DNA of 64,000 nucleotides from Candidatus Woesearchaeota archaeon (GTDB lineage Archaea; Nanobdellota; Nanobdellia; SCGC-AAA011-G17; CAYUTI01): NCBI GenBank assembly GCA_964447685.1, contig CAYUTI010000002.1, positions 13,966 to 77,965 of the forward strand, read 5' to 3'. Shown piece by piece: positions 47,114 to 56,440 of this stretch (position 1 is its first letter; each line of letters starts with the position of its first letter). The notes under the pieces were generated by a model. It saw only the letters and a program-made list of their open reading frames with translations, ran no database searches and was not told where the DNA came from. The position numbers and the translations under genes were made by a program.

Positions 47114-50100
47114 CTAATTCCATTCAGGGGTTGTTTCCCTTAAATATTCGCTTATGTTAAATTTTTGATTTTTTTGGTCTTCAATCTTCTGAATAAAATC
47201 AGGTTTAAGATTAGGGACAGTTACGCATTTTAAAATAGTTCCAATCTGTTTATCACCGATTGCAATAATCTTATTATTAATAAGCTGTCTATTTACTCTG
47301 AGTCTTCTGTTAAGAACGACAAAACGTTCAAACGTAAGATCACCAGGATTAGACGTTCCTGATGGAAGATCGAATGGAGTTTTAACTATTTCAACAGCTC
47401 CTGCAATATAACGTACAATTGCAACAGCTTCAAAACACTCTTCAGGCGTTCCATAATAATTTCCTATTGAAGTAGGGCCGTGAACTGGGTCAAGAACACC
47501 TGCTACACATGGCCATTCGATTCCGGCTACAACACCTGTATGAATAAGATTAATGTATCGCCTTTTCTTGTAGGTGAAGCTAAGGTCATTAATAGGCGTG
47601 TTATGTTGTTCAGGTACCAGTTTCCAGATTCCGTAACAACTCATACAATCACTAACACCGCTTGCTATTGTATGAAAACATCCATTAGTTGGGCTAAGTC
47701 CGTATTCATAACATGCTTGACCATATTGAGCTTGACTAACAACTGCATTATATAAAAACTCAGCTCTGCCACAACTCTGAGCTATTATAATACGTCCACG
47801 TTCTGGATTAGGAGGTGTGTTAGCTTGATACCTACTAAGGCTTGCAGTTCCACCACAAATAGGACAAGTTGTGCCACCCCATGCATCATATTCAAAACCA
47901 CAGGTTGAACAGAGTACTAAATCGTGAAGTCGTCTTAACAAGGGAATTGGTTCTGGATCAAGACCTGATGGAACGTTACCACAACAACACGGATTTTGAT
48001 TACCTATATAATTACGCTGAGACGCAAAAGCAAGTCCCCACCATCTTGTAGATATAGGATCGTCTCCACGCATCCAGTTACCACCTAAATCGGTTCTGTA
48101 ACGAGACTTTATACATTTAACATTTCCAACATAACTTAATTTACTTAAGTGGTTAAGAATTTGTGATGTTACAACTGCTGGCATTGCTGGACATTCAATA
48201 GTAGAGAATTCTTCAATAACTCTAAATACCATATCTTCCCATTGAACTAAAACACAATCAAGAGGAAGTCCATCACTTCCAATACTATTTGGATCAGTTA
48301 CTTTATAAGTAAATTGAGTTGTTAAAATACCACCAATATCTTCAGCATTACATGCAACCCATTCCTGATTTTTTAATTCTGGTGTATCATTATCAATAGC
48401 GTTATGATGATAAAAAACAAGTGGCAATATTCCGTATTCATAAAAAGCATGTTCCTGTGGAATAATTTCGGTAACAGTTCCAATACCTACAGCAATACTT
48501 CCAGGAATTGAAAATCCATTACTTGCAACACTTGCTGCATCACTATCCGCTTCACTGTTATAAACAATATCTGTATACCATTGAATATCTGGATATACTG
48601 TTGGTTCAGGATTTTCAATATAATCCTTATTAACAGCTCCCCACATTGGTCTAACCCACAACGTTTCTTGATAAGTAGGTGATGTTAAATTAGGATCAAT
48701 CCAAATTTTTATTTGTGGATCATTAGTTTCACTTGTAGTAGGAAGATCACTTAATCTTCCTACATTAAATTCTGGATAAATATTACTACTATTATGTGGA
48801 GTTCTACAAATCCAGATATGACCTTCATTTCCAAAACTTCCCCAAGTATCCCACAGATCACTATTATCAACATTATTTATATTTAAATTATGACTTGGAA
48901 AATTATCAATATCGATAGCATCTTCTTGAAACGTATCTATGAAATCATATTGTTGATAACTGTGATTTGGTAGCCAGCCTTTGCTAAATCTAAGATCTGT
49001 TCTTGTTGTTGCATCTGGACACAAAACAGCATAAACAAGATCATGTAACTCATCATAAGTATCATCACTATACCTCTCTCTTGGTTCTTCTTCGTTTAAC
49101 TCAGTTACACCATTCTTTCTAAGTCCTGGTTCTATTAAAGCAGGAGGTGAAGATGAAGATAGTGCAGAAGTTTCATTCTTTGCGTTTTTAGAAGTAGAAT
49201 CAACCGATCCTGGTTTTGACATTATATCATCAATGTTTCCAAGTTCATTTGATGTTATCTTAGATTCATATTCTGTTCTTATTTCTTCAAACTGAATATC
49301 AGTCATAAGTGATGGACGTTTAGTATAAGCTAAGTTGTAATCTTTATTTTTAAAACCGGTTAACTTATTAACTGTGTCAACCCAATTTGTAACATTTTGT
49401 TGTCTGTTAGTTTTAATGTCTTCCCATGCTGCCATATCACCTGCGTCAACAGCAGCTTTATATTCTTTGAGAAGTTCTAATTCGTTCAGTATGCTGTCAT
49501 AATGATTAACCGGAACAGCTATATTAGTTTCCCATAATGGAGCAGCTCCTACTTCATCCCAAAATGAAGGAAAGTAAACTGGTTTTACAATAAGAGCGTC
49601 TCCACTTGTAAAAGCTGAAACAACAAAGTAGTAGCTATTCTTATAAAGAATAATGTCATTAACAGCATAAGAAGTATTAGCTTCAAATTCTCTTACTAAC
49701 ATTTGAATCCAGTCAGTAATAATAAATTCGGTTCCACTTATGAAATCAGAAGCAGCTCGGTAAAGTTGTTCCTGATAGATAATCATGTCACCATATTTAG
49801 TATAACTCACGGGCAAGTAGTTGTTGTTATTACCGTTAAATATTTCAGTGTTAATAACAACGTCACCATAGTACTGAGTTTTAATTTTGAAAACAGATGG
49901 AGTAGGAAGTGGAACAGAACCTATAATTCCTGAATAGTGATACGTGTTACAACTCATGAGCTTAGGGCCATTATCATTAGTTAGTATCATGTACTGACCT
50001 GGATAATAGGCTTTGTTTGCTACTATTTCAAGACCAAGACTTTCTTCTTGTGTTATTTCAGCATCAAGAGCTGATATTTTCATCTTCAACTTTTTCAAAC

Positions 50101-50191
50101 TTTCATCGTCGTTGTAATCATAAGCTAACAACTGATTTATTAGAAAATCATAAGTTGAAATGAAGTTGTCTTTTCCCCTAACAACATCCAT
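47114..50191 (-). CDS. large baseplate protein (gp7-sized, 1025 aa) with internal Zn-ribbon Cys cluster
   Basis: Size and position; CCCGNVPSG...CSTCGFEYDAWGGTTCPICGG cluster. Confidence 0.6.
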   Translation of the reverse strand: MDVVRGKDNFISTYDFLINQLLAYDYNDDESLKKLKMKISALDAEITQEESLGLEIVANKAYYPGQYMILTNDNGPKLMSCNTYHYSGIIGSVPLPTPSVFKIKTQYYGDVVINTEIFNGNNNNYLPVSYTKYGDMIIYQEQLYRAASDFISGTEFIITDWIQMLVREFEANTSYAVNDIILYKNSYYFVVSAFTSGDALIVKPVYFPSFWDEVGAAPLWETNIAVPVNHYDSILNELELLKEYKAAVDAGDMAAWEDIKTNRQQNVTNWVDTVNKLTGFKNKDYNLAYTKRPSLMTDIQFEEIRTEYESKITSNELGNIDDIMSKPGSVDSTSKNAKNETSALSSSSPPALIEPGLRKNGVTELNEEEPRERYSDDTYDELHDLVYAVLCPDATTRTDLRFSKGWLPNHSYQQYDFIDTFQEDAIDIDNFPSHNLNINNVDNSDLWDTWGSFGNEGHIWICRTPHNSSNIYPEFNVGRLSDLPTTSETNDPQIKIWIDPNLTSPTYQETLWVRPMWGAVNKDYIENPEPTVYPDIQWYTDIVYNSEADSDAASVASNGFSIPGSIAVGIGTVTEIIPQEHAFYEYGILPLVFYHHNAIDNDTPELKNQEWVACNAEDIGGILTTQFTYKVTDPNSIGSDGLPLDCVLVQWEDMVFRVIEEFSTIECPAMPAVVTSQILNHLSKLSYVGNVKCIKSRYRTDLGGNWMRGDDPISTRWWGLAFASQRNYIGNQNPCCCGNVPSGLDPEPIPLLRRLHDLVLCSTCGFEYDAWGGTTCPICGGTASLSRYQANTPPNPERGRIIIAQSCGRAEFLYNAVVSQAQYGQACYEYGLSPTNGCFHTIASGVSDCMSCYGIWKLVPEQHNTPINDLSFTYKKRRYINLIHTGVVAGIEWPCVAGVLDPVHGPTSIGNYYGTPEECFEAVAIVRYIAGAVEIVKTPFDLPSGTSNPGDLTFERFVVLNRRLRVNRQLINNKIIAIGDKQIGTILKCVTVPNLKPDFIQKIEDQKNQKFNISEYLRETTPEWN

Positions 50192-50211
50192 GAATGTCTC
50201 CTAACTTTATT

Positions 50212-51219
50212 CTATTTTAGATTTTCTTTTAATTCATCTAATTTTGAATCAAACAGTTTTTTATGTTTACTATCTAAAAATTGTATTATATTTTTTGCTA
50301 AATCAATATCTTCACTAAACTTGACAGGATTATTAACTATTAAATCTATCCAGCGATCACCACCAAAAAATCCTTTTTTATTTATTACATCAGTTTTGAT
50401 ATCTTTAATTAATCTATCTATACCCTTTACAGAATTTAATTTCTTTAATTCTTTTTTAAGCAAAACAGGTAATCTTTTTTCAACATATAAATAAGCTCGT
50501 TTTTTTAACTTATTTTTATAAACACCTTCTAAAGGTTTAAACAAAAGAAAACTATCTATTATATGATTTCTTGTGTATTTATTATCACTTAAAATTTCAA
50601 GTTTACGTGCAATATTCATATCGTCAAGACCATCTTCAAAACTCGAAATAAACTGTAGAAAGTGTGCATTAAATTCATGTGGATTACTGAAATATTTTGA
50701 ACCTTCTTCAGGTTGAACTATTTTCGGTATTCCAGTTTTATATTTAAGGTTATCTAATAGATGGATATACTCATGTATAAAAATTCTTTTACCTTCATTT
50801 GAACTAAATTTTTTACTTATAGAAGTACTATAATTTTTTAAATCTTTTTCTTCTAAAATATTTAAATCAATACTTTTAACTTTACTACCCTTTCCAAATG
50901 TTCCAAAATCACTAAAACTTCCAGATCTATTGTCACTCTTTTTTGAGAAAAATAGTATAATATTTACAGGAGGTATTAATTTTTTTATACTCGGTATATC
51001 ATGTAAATTTAAAAGATAACCATCATAATTATCACCACTACTATGTCCTGAACTAAAACCATCTAAATATTTATCTCTATCTTTCTTACTTAATAATTTA
51101 GAAATAGCTGTATAAATGATTTCAGCTTCTTCTATCATATTAGCATCACGTTCTATATCATAAGTTTTTATAGTGAATTGCTTAAACTGATTATCAGCTT
51201 TTATTTTCACATATTTCAT
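50212..51219 (-). CDS. MKYV-family protein, 335 aa
   Basis: N-terminus MKYVKIKAD. Confidence 0.55.
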   Translation of the reverse strand: MKYVKIKADNQFKQFTIKTYDIERDANMIEEAEIIYTAISKLLSKKDRDKYLDGFSSGHSSGDNYDGYLLNLHDIPSIKKLIPPVNIILFFSKKSDNRSGSFSDFGTFGKGSKVKSIDLNILEEKDLKNYSTSISKKFSSNEGKRIFIHEYIHLLDNLKYKTGIPKIVQPEEGSKYFSNPHEFNAHFLQFISSFEDGLDDMNIARKLEILSDNKYTRNHIIDSFLLFKPLEGVYKNKLKKRAYLYVEKRLPVLLKKELKKLNSVKGIDRLIKDIKTDVINKKGFFGGDRWIDLIVNNPVKFSEDIDLAKNIIQFLDSKHKKLFDSKLDELKENLK

Positions 51220-51481
51220 GATAACTTAACTTCCTATTAAATTTTTTATTCAGGCCCTTACCTTTAACATTAGTTTCAGTTAGTTTATGTTTGTTTAATA
51301 GAGCTTGAAGATCATCTCCAGAGTCTACAACGTCATAACTATCTTTTTGCTTATTATGAATAAAAACAGCATAACGTGGTAACTTAGGTAAATATCTTTT
51401 ATTAACTGGATCATAAATAATCGGCTGTCTTCCTAAATCATTTATAAAACTTTCTTTAGTTTTTAATTTAATATCTGCCAT
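51194..51481 (-). CDS. hypothetical protein, 95 aa (start trimmed to MADIK to avoid a 98-nt overlap)
   Basis: Internal ATG at 51481 confirmed in the sequence. Confidence 0.45.
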   Translation of the reverse strand: MADIKLKTKESFINDLGRQPIIYDPVNKRYLPKLPRYAVFIHNKQKDSYDVVDSGDDLQALLNKHKLTETNVKGKGLNKKFNRKLSYHEICENKS

Positions 51482-51491
51482 AATCACCTCG

Positions 51492-52073
51492 TTAAAATAA
51501 ATTTTTAATTTTATTTTTAGCTGCTGATTTAAGTCCATCCATATCAGCCATTTTCCTAACAAGACTACCAACATCAGGAACACTAGCATTTTGAAATACT
51601 TTTTTAATATCTAAAGAACCTGTAACCTCATCAACATCAAGTTCGTCTAATAGTCCTGAAACTTCATCACCTATTGAAGATATGTTAATATTACATTGAT
51701 AGGCAAGACATGATAAATTAGTATTAATATCTTTTAATTTATCTAACATACCTACACCACTAAAAAGTTTATTCATACTGCCTATTTTATTATTCATATC
51801 AACTTCTGGAAAATCCATACCATCAAAAGGATTATAAGTTTTAAGAAGTGTTGATTTGGCAATCTTTGGATTAATAGCAGCACAATCGCCAAGACCTAAA
51901 TTAAAATCAGTTGGCACCTGTGGAATATCAAAATCTGATGGAAGAAATCCGTCAAGTAGTGATGCCAACTGATTTTTGTATTTTTGGAGTTGGGATTTTA
52001 ATGACCGAAGTTGATTTAATTGTTTACTTATATCGTTATTAATTTTTGAACATAAATTATCAGCACCAGCCAT
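51492..52073 (-). CDS. hypothetical protein, 193 aa
   Basis: ORF track. Confidence 0.5.
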   Translation of the reverse strand: MAGADNLCSKINNDISKQLNQLRSLKSQLQKYKNQLASLLDGFLPSDFDIPQVPTDFNLGLGDCAAINPKIAKSTLLKTYNPFDGMDFPEVDMNNKIGSMNKLFSGVGMLDKLKDINTNLSCLAYQCNINISSIGDEVSGLLDELDVDEVTGSLDIKKVFQNASVPDVGSLVRKMADMDGLKSAAKNKIKNLF

Positions 52074-52115
52074 AATTAATCTCCCAGTGTTTAATAGATT
52101 AATAGATTAACAGTC

Positions 52116-52469
52116 TTAGTTAAATTCTATTATTTGGATATTGTAATAAAGAGAAGAGGCATCGTGTGCTGTTAAACATTGCATCCTAACAGTATTATTA
52201 TTTTGTATATCATAAAAACCATAAATATCAGCACCCGAAGAATTATGTCCTGTTTTTAATATTACTAAACATTTTTGTGAATTTACAGTAGATCCTATAG
52301 AAATATCTACAATAGTTCCTATTGATTTAGCTGTAGTAAACGAACCATTTACATTAAGTACTCTCATTACACTTACCTCCATTGATCTTATCCATCTTCC
52401 GATGGCGTGAATAGTTATTTGACCTTCATGATTTTTAGCCGTATTCATTAAAGTAGCTAAATTAGTCAC
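52116..52469 (-). CDS. small baseplate-region protein, 117 aa (contains the conserved CACGCCATCGGAA element near its 5' end; alternative start at MEVSV)
   Basis: ORF track; ATGA overlap with the upstream gene. Confidence 0.45.
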   Translation of the reverse strand: MTNLATLMNTAKNHEGQITIHAIGRWIRSMEVSVMRVLNVNGSFTTAKSIGTIVDISIGSTVNSQKCLVILKTGHNSSGADIYGFYDIQNNNTVRMQCLTAHDASSLYYNIQIIEFN

Positions 52470-52981
52470 ATCAGATTCTCCTCTATATCTTTTATTTGGT
52501 TAATGATTTCCTCCTCTCTGTCTCTCAAGTCGTCATCAACATCATTAAGTTGAATAAGTAGATCAATTTTCTCTTCTATTCCTAAATTTGGATTTGATTT
52601 TAAGTCATTCAATATTTTAATTCTTCTGTCTTTAATTTCGTCTTGAACTTCGTGAAGATTATTAACCAAATCCAATTTCCTACCTACTTTTTCCCTATAA
52701 GATTTAGCAGCTTCGGTATCAATAATCTGCTTACTTAATCTGGAGTTTAAATTAAGACTAGTTTTAAACAGATCATGGAGTGTATCAACATTAAGTCCAC
52801 GACTTACAAAATTAGTTTCTCCATCAATAGTAAAAGTTAAGTTGCCCTTAATAGTAAGACAAATACCACCATGATAAATTATCTCAGGATTTTTAGGATC
52901 TTTAATTATAGTAAGAACTGGTTTTTTATTAAAACATAAAATTTCTCTATCTTCTTTTTCTATAACTGTTAAAGCTGACAT
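52466..52981 (-). CDS. hypothetical protein, 171 aa
   Basis: ORF track. Confidence 0.5.
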   Translation of the reverse strand: MSALTVIEKEDREILCFNKKPVLTIIKDPKNPEIIYHGGICLTIKGNLTFTIDGETNFVSRGLNVDTLHDLFKTSLNLNSRLSKQIIDTEAAKSYREKVGRKLDLVNNLHEVQDEIKDRRIKILNDLKSNPNLGIEEKIDLLIQLNDVDDDLRDREEEIINQIKDIEENLM

Positions 52982-53227
52982 CGTTAGTCTCCTAAAATAA
53001 GTTTATTACTACTATCTAATCTGTTATACATTTTTATTCTTCTTTATGCCCTATTACATAATATCCATCAATACTTTCAGGAGAAGTTATTTTTTTATAA
53101 GTAAGATTAAAAGTATTTAAATATTCAATCATACTTATCATAAGTAAATAATAATAATTATTAATGTTATTAAAATTCTTAATATAATTATACATAAAAT
53201 TTACTCCTTATTTATTATAATTAAACG

Positions 53228-54220
53228 TTAATCTCCTTTTAAACTATTGGCTTTACTTTCTAATTCAGATTTGACAGTATCTCTATGTGTTTTAATTGCT
53301 TTAGCTATTGTTTTTAACTCTTCCAACTTATCTTTTAACTGATCCATATAATCTTCTAAATCAGTTATTCTACTATCCAGTTCACTGTCTACTCCATCAG
53401 GTACTTCACCTGGAGCAATACCAACTACTATTCCATCGTTATGATGAATAGTTCCTGCTTGATCTGTTATTAGACTTGCTTTAGTTCCGTGTTGACCTCC
53501 AACATCAAGTTCACTGTCACCACCTACTTCTATTGCCTGATCAGCACTAACTTGAATACTTCGTTTGTTTTCTACTTTTTTATTGTAATTGTTTTGAATA
53601 TGATTATTACTATCATTAACTATTCTAACATTACAATTATGCTGAACCTTAGCCATTATATCATTAATGACTTCAATATGCATGTCGTTGTTAACTCTGA
53701 TATATAAATCTTTAGGGATGTTAATCCAGAAGTTACCTTCAGCATCAACTTGAAACAGTTCGTTCTTCCAATTATCATCATTACCATCAAGATGACGAAA
53801 CCATTCAATGCTCTCCTTACTAGATTTTTTATTAACACGAAACCATTCAACTAAGCTATCAACAAAACCATAAACTTCTGGATAATCTGGATCTGCAAGT
53901 TCAGTTTGAGTAGTAGTTGTGCTTTGCCAGTATCCAGTATAAACCGGAGTATATAAATCATCAAAAGGAAATTCAATAACAACTTCACTATTAATTTCTG
54001 GAATAATAAAACTACTAAGATCAGGTCTACCTCCAAGTCCATAAGCATTAGCTGGAAAACACCATGGCAGTTTAGACACGTCACCAGTTTCAAACTTCTT
54101 ATGAATTTTACATTTGATTCTTTTTAATTTTTTCGGATCGTTGTTATCAACAACAATACCACGGAATAAACCTTTATTAGTTTTTTCGGTTTTAAGTACA
54201 TCTAATAATTTGAGTAACAT
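53228..54220 (-). CDS. baseplate central spike (gp5 / gpV family OB-fold N-domain), 330 aa
   Basis: GIVVDNNDPKKLKRIKCKI...LPWCFP matches the gpV/gp5 N-terminal signature. C-terminal VGGDSELDVGG beta-helix-like region and coiled coil. Confidence 0.7.
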   Translation of the reverse strand: MLLKLLDVLKTEKTNKGLFRGIVVDNNDPKKLKRIKCKIHKKFETGDVSKLPWCFPANAYGLGGRPDLSSFIIPEINSEVVIEFPFDDLYTPVYTGYWQSTTTTQTELADPDYPEVYGFVDSLVEWFRVNKKSSKESIEWFRHLDGNDDNWKNELFQVDAEGNFWINIPKDLYIRVNNDMHIEVINDIMAKVQHNCNVRIVNDSNNHIQNNYNKKVENKRSIQVSADQAIEVGGDSELDVGGQHGTKASLITDQAGTIHHNDGIVVGIAPGEVPDGVDSELDSRITDLEDYMDQLKDKLEELKTIAKAIKTHRDTVKSELESKANSLKGD

Positions 54221-54227
54221 GATTACA

Positions 54228-55382
54228 TTACCTTAAATTGCCTGTTATCTCATTGAAACTCTCACGATAGGCCTCAATTGTTGTGATAAAATTACTTGCA
54301 CTTACGCTTCTCCCTACTTTACCAACAATCCATTTTCCACTATAATCTTTAATAGATTCTGTTGTTGTTGAATCTAAACTGTCATCATAGAAATCGATTA
54401 GATCAAATATCTGGATTTTATTAAACACATTTCCAAATGTAAATGTATTAACCACAGATGACATTATAGACAAGCCTTGAATATTTCTATCTGCTGCTTG
54501 CCAATATTTTTCATGACAGTTATCGTTATGAATACCAAGTGCTAACGATCTTCTTTCAACTTCAGCTTTTCTGTTAATCTTAGAAACGTTTGCAATAAGT
54601 TTTTTATACTCTTCACTGGTTACATCATGACTATCATCTTCTATTGTATGAATAGGTCGTTCAAGTCCATATCCAGAATAACAATTTATAAAACCATTAC
54701 TATTATCAATTATGTAATCAGGTAAATAACTTAGTGCAACATTATCAGATCTTGAATTGGAAAATATAAATTTTGATGTTGTATTAGCAAGTTTAGCGAA
54801 ATCTCTGATCACGAGTTCGTTTTTAATATTAATTCCATAACCAATAAAACTTTTACTTAAATAGCTGTGTAGCCACAATTGAGTTAAAAACTTCTTAACG
54901 CTTATATGATCTCTTACCCAGTATTGACTGTCTTCTGATTTAGCAATATTAGTATCAATTTTTCTAAAACATTCTTTTCCAGTTTCAGACATTATTTCAA
55001 TACCACTTTTCTTATCACTTACATTAGTTTTAGTGTTAATAAGATAAGGAATGTTGTTCAGCGTTCCGAAAGCGTTAATATAAAATTTAGATTCACCATG
55101 TTTAGGTGGCGTTATTTTACTGATATAGAGTTCCATGTCTTGTAGTGGATCATCGAGTTTAACACCATAACTTACTATAAACTTATTGCCTTCATTGAAT
55201 TTCTTTAACAAGTTTTTGTCTTCAGTATAAAAACTAATTTCCCAAGTTGGTAACGATCCACCGGTTTCTTCAACGAAATTAAAATAGTCAAGATTTCCAC
55301 TTACAATAAAGTCATAGTTATTATCCAAAGTGAATCTAAATATATATTGTCCATCTATTCCGACTGGCATAATCTCCACCAC
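54228..55382 (-). CDS. gpD-like tail/baseplate hub protein (384 aa)
   Basis: Size and position between gpX-like and spike, as in P2-like tails; inference only. Confidence 0.45.
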   Translation of the reverse strand: MVEIMPVGIDGQYIFRFTLDNNYDFIVSGNLDYFNFVEETGGSLPTWEISFYTEDKNLLKKFNEGNKFIVSYGVKLDDPLQDMELYISKITPPKHGESKFYINAFGTLNNIPYLINTKTNVSDKKSGIEIMSETGKECFRKIDTNIAKSEDSQYWVRDHISVKKFLTQLWLHSYLSKSFIGYGINIKNELVIRDFAKLANTTSKFIFSNSRSDNVALSYLPDYIIDNSNGFINCYSGYGLERPIHTIEDDSHDVTSEEYKKLIANVSKINRKAEVERRSLALGIHNDNCHEKYWQAADRNIQGLSIMSSVVNTFTFGNVFNKIQIFDLIDFYDDSLDSTTTESIKDYSGKWIVGKVGRSVSASNFITTIEAYRESFNEITGNLR

Positions 55383-55433
55383 CTTTGTTATACTATCTTA
55401 TCCTATCTTATCTTATTTTATTTTATGCTGTCA

Positions 55434-55787
55434 TCACTGGTTATTATCTAGGGCATACTGTTTACTCGCTAAGCTGAAATAGATCTGTTCTACATCATTC
55501 AAGTTAGGGAACTTTAACGTATTGCCTATAATGACATCATTCCTATCAATTATATTGTTATAGATCATTAATATGAATTGAAGTTGAACATATCCATAAA
55601 TTTTATAACTAATTAAATCAGGTCTTGCTTCTTCTTCAGTTATTGTAAATGTACCAGCTTCTTCAAGATCTAACAGCTTTTCTAAAAAGTAAGATGTAAA
55701 GATATCAAACCCACCTTCAACATACCCAAGAAATCTACTGAAGTCGTACCGGTTTTTAGTGTCACGATCAATATTAATATAATGCAT
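55434..55787 (-). CDS. LysM-like tail protein X (gpX family)
   Basis: EEARPDLISYKIYG...IIGNTLKFPNL matches the LysM-like gpX pattern. Confidence 0.55.
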   Translation of the reverse strand: MHYINIDRDTKNRYDFSRFLGYVEGGFDIFTSYFLEKLLDLEEAGTFTITEEEARPDLISYKIYGYVQLQFILMIYNNIIDRNDVIIGNTLKFPNLNDVEQIYFSLASKQYALDNNQ

Positions 55788-55805
55788 GGTTTCACCTATA
55801 ATTTA

Positions 55806-56420
55806 TCAGGGGAAATAAGAAGCTATTTCAGTTGCGAAAATATCTTGATATGGTTCAAAACTAATGCTGCCTTGACAGTAAAGAGGGACACCATTTTTAA
55901 CAACTTGAGTACTGATATCAAAATCAACTGAGGTTAATACTTGATTAACTGCTTTAAACCATTTTCCAATAGTAACAGTTATCTTTCCACTATCTGAAGT
56001 TTTCTTATAACCCCAAGGTGGATGCATAACAGTACCACCTCCACCTTCAGTAGGAAACGTTCCTTCAAGAAGTTTGATCATATTTTTTCTCGGATCACTG
56101 TTAGGCCCACTACTCTCAGTAGCAACAAAAATAAGATCAAGAGTGAATTGGGGTTTCTTACTTTGCATCCATGCTAACGTAGTTTCATTTTTATTCTTTA
56201 ACGTTATACCACCAAACTTCTTCATCTTTTCCGCAACTTTTCCAAGCCAAGGAATACCCTCAACAGCTCCTTGTTCAAATAACGCTTCATAAACAGCGTC
56301 ACCTCTTATCTTAAATGTTTCCTGAATAACAAAACCTGATATTCCTATATTAGATCCTGCAATAATAATCTTCAGGTTTTCATTATTTCTTATGTTATCG
56401 ATATCAAGATTTCTTCCCAT
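55806..56420 (-). CDS. tail protein, 204 aa (gpU-position)
   Basis: Position only. Confidence 0.45.
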   Translation of the reverse strand: MGRNLDIDNIRNNENLKIIIAGSNIGISGFVIQETFKIRGDAVYEALFEQGAVEGIPWLGKVAEKMKKFGGITLKNKNETTLAWMQSKKPQFTLDLIFVATESSGPNSDPRKNMIKLLEGTFPTEGGGGTVMHPPWGYKKTSDSGKITVTIGKWFKAVNQVLTSVDFDISTQVVKNGVPLYCQGSISFEPYQDIFATEIASYFP

Positions 56421-56440
56421 GGCTTCACCTTAACCTACAC

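Noticed and set aside
51194-51589. Full 131-aa ORF as given in the track
   Set aside because: The N-terminal 36 codons overlap the upstream gene by 98 nt and are hydrophobic junk. Trimmed to the MADIK start at 51481.
53034-53195. 53-aa N/Y/I-rich ORF (MYNYIKNFNN...) with an aaggag RBS in the 245-bp AT-rich intergenic region
   Set aside because: Low-complexity and below the size threshold; more likely an AT-rich promoter region for the spike gene. Not listed as a feature.
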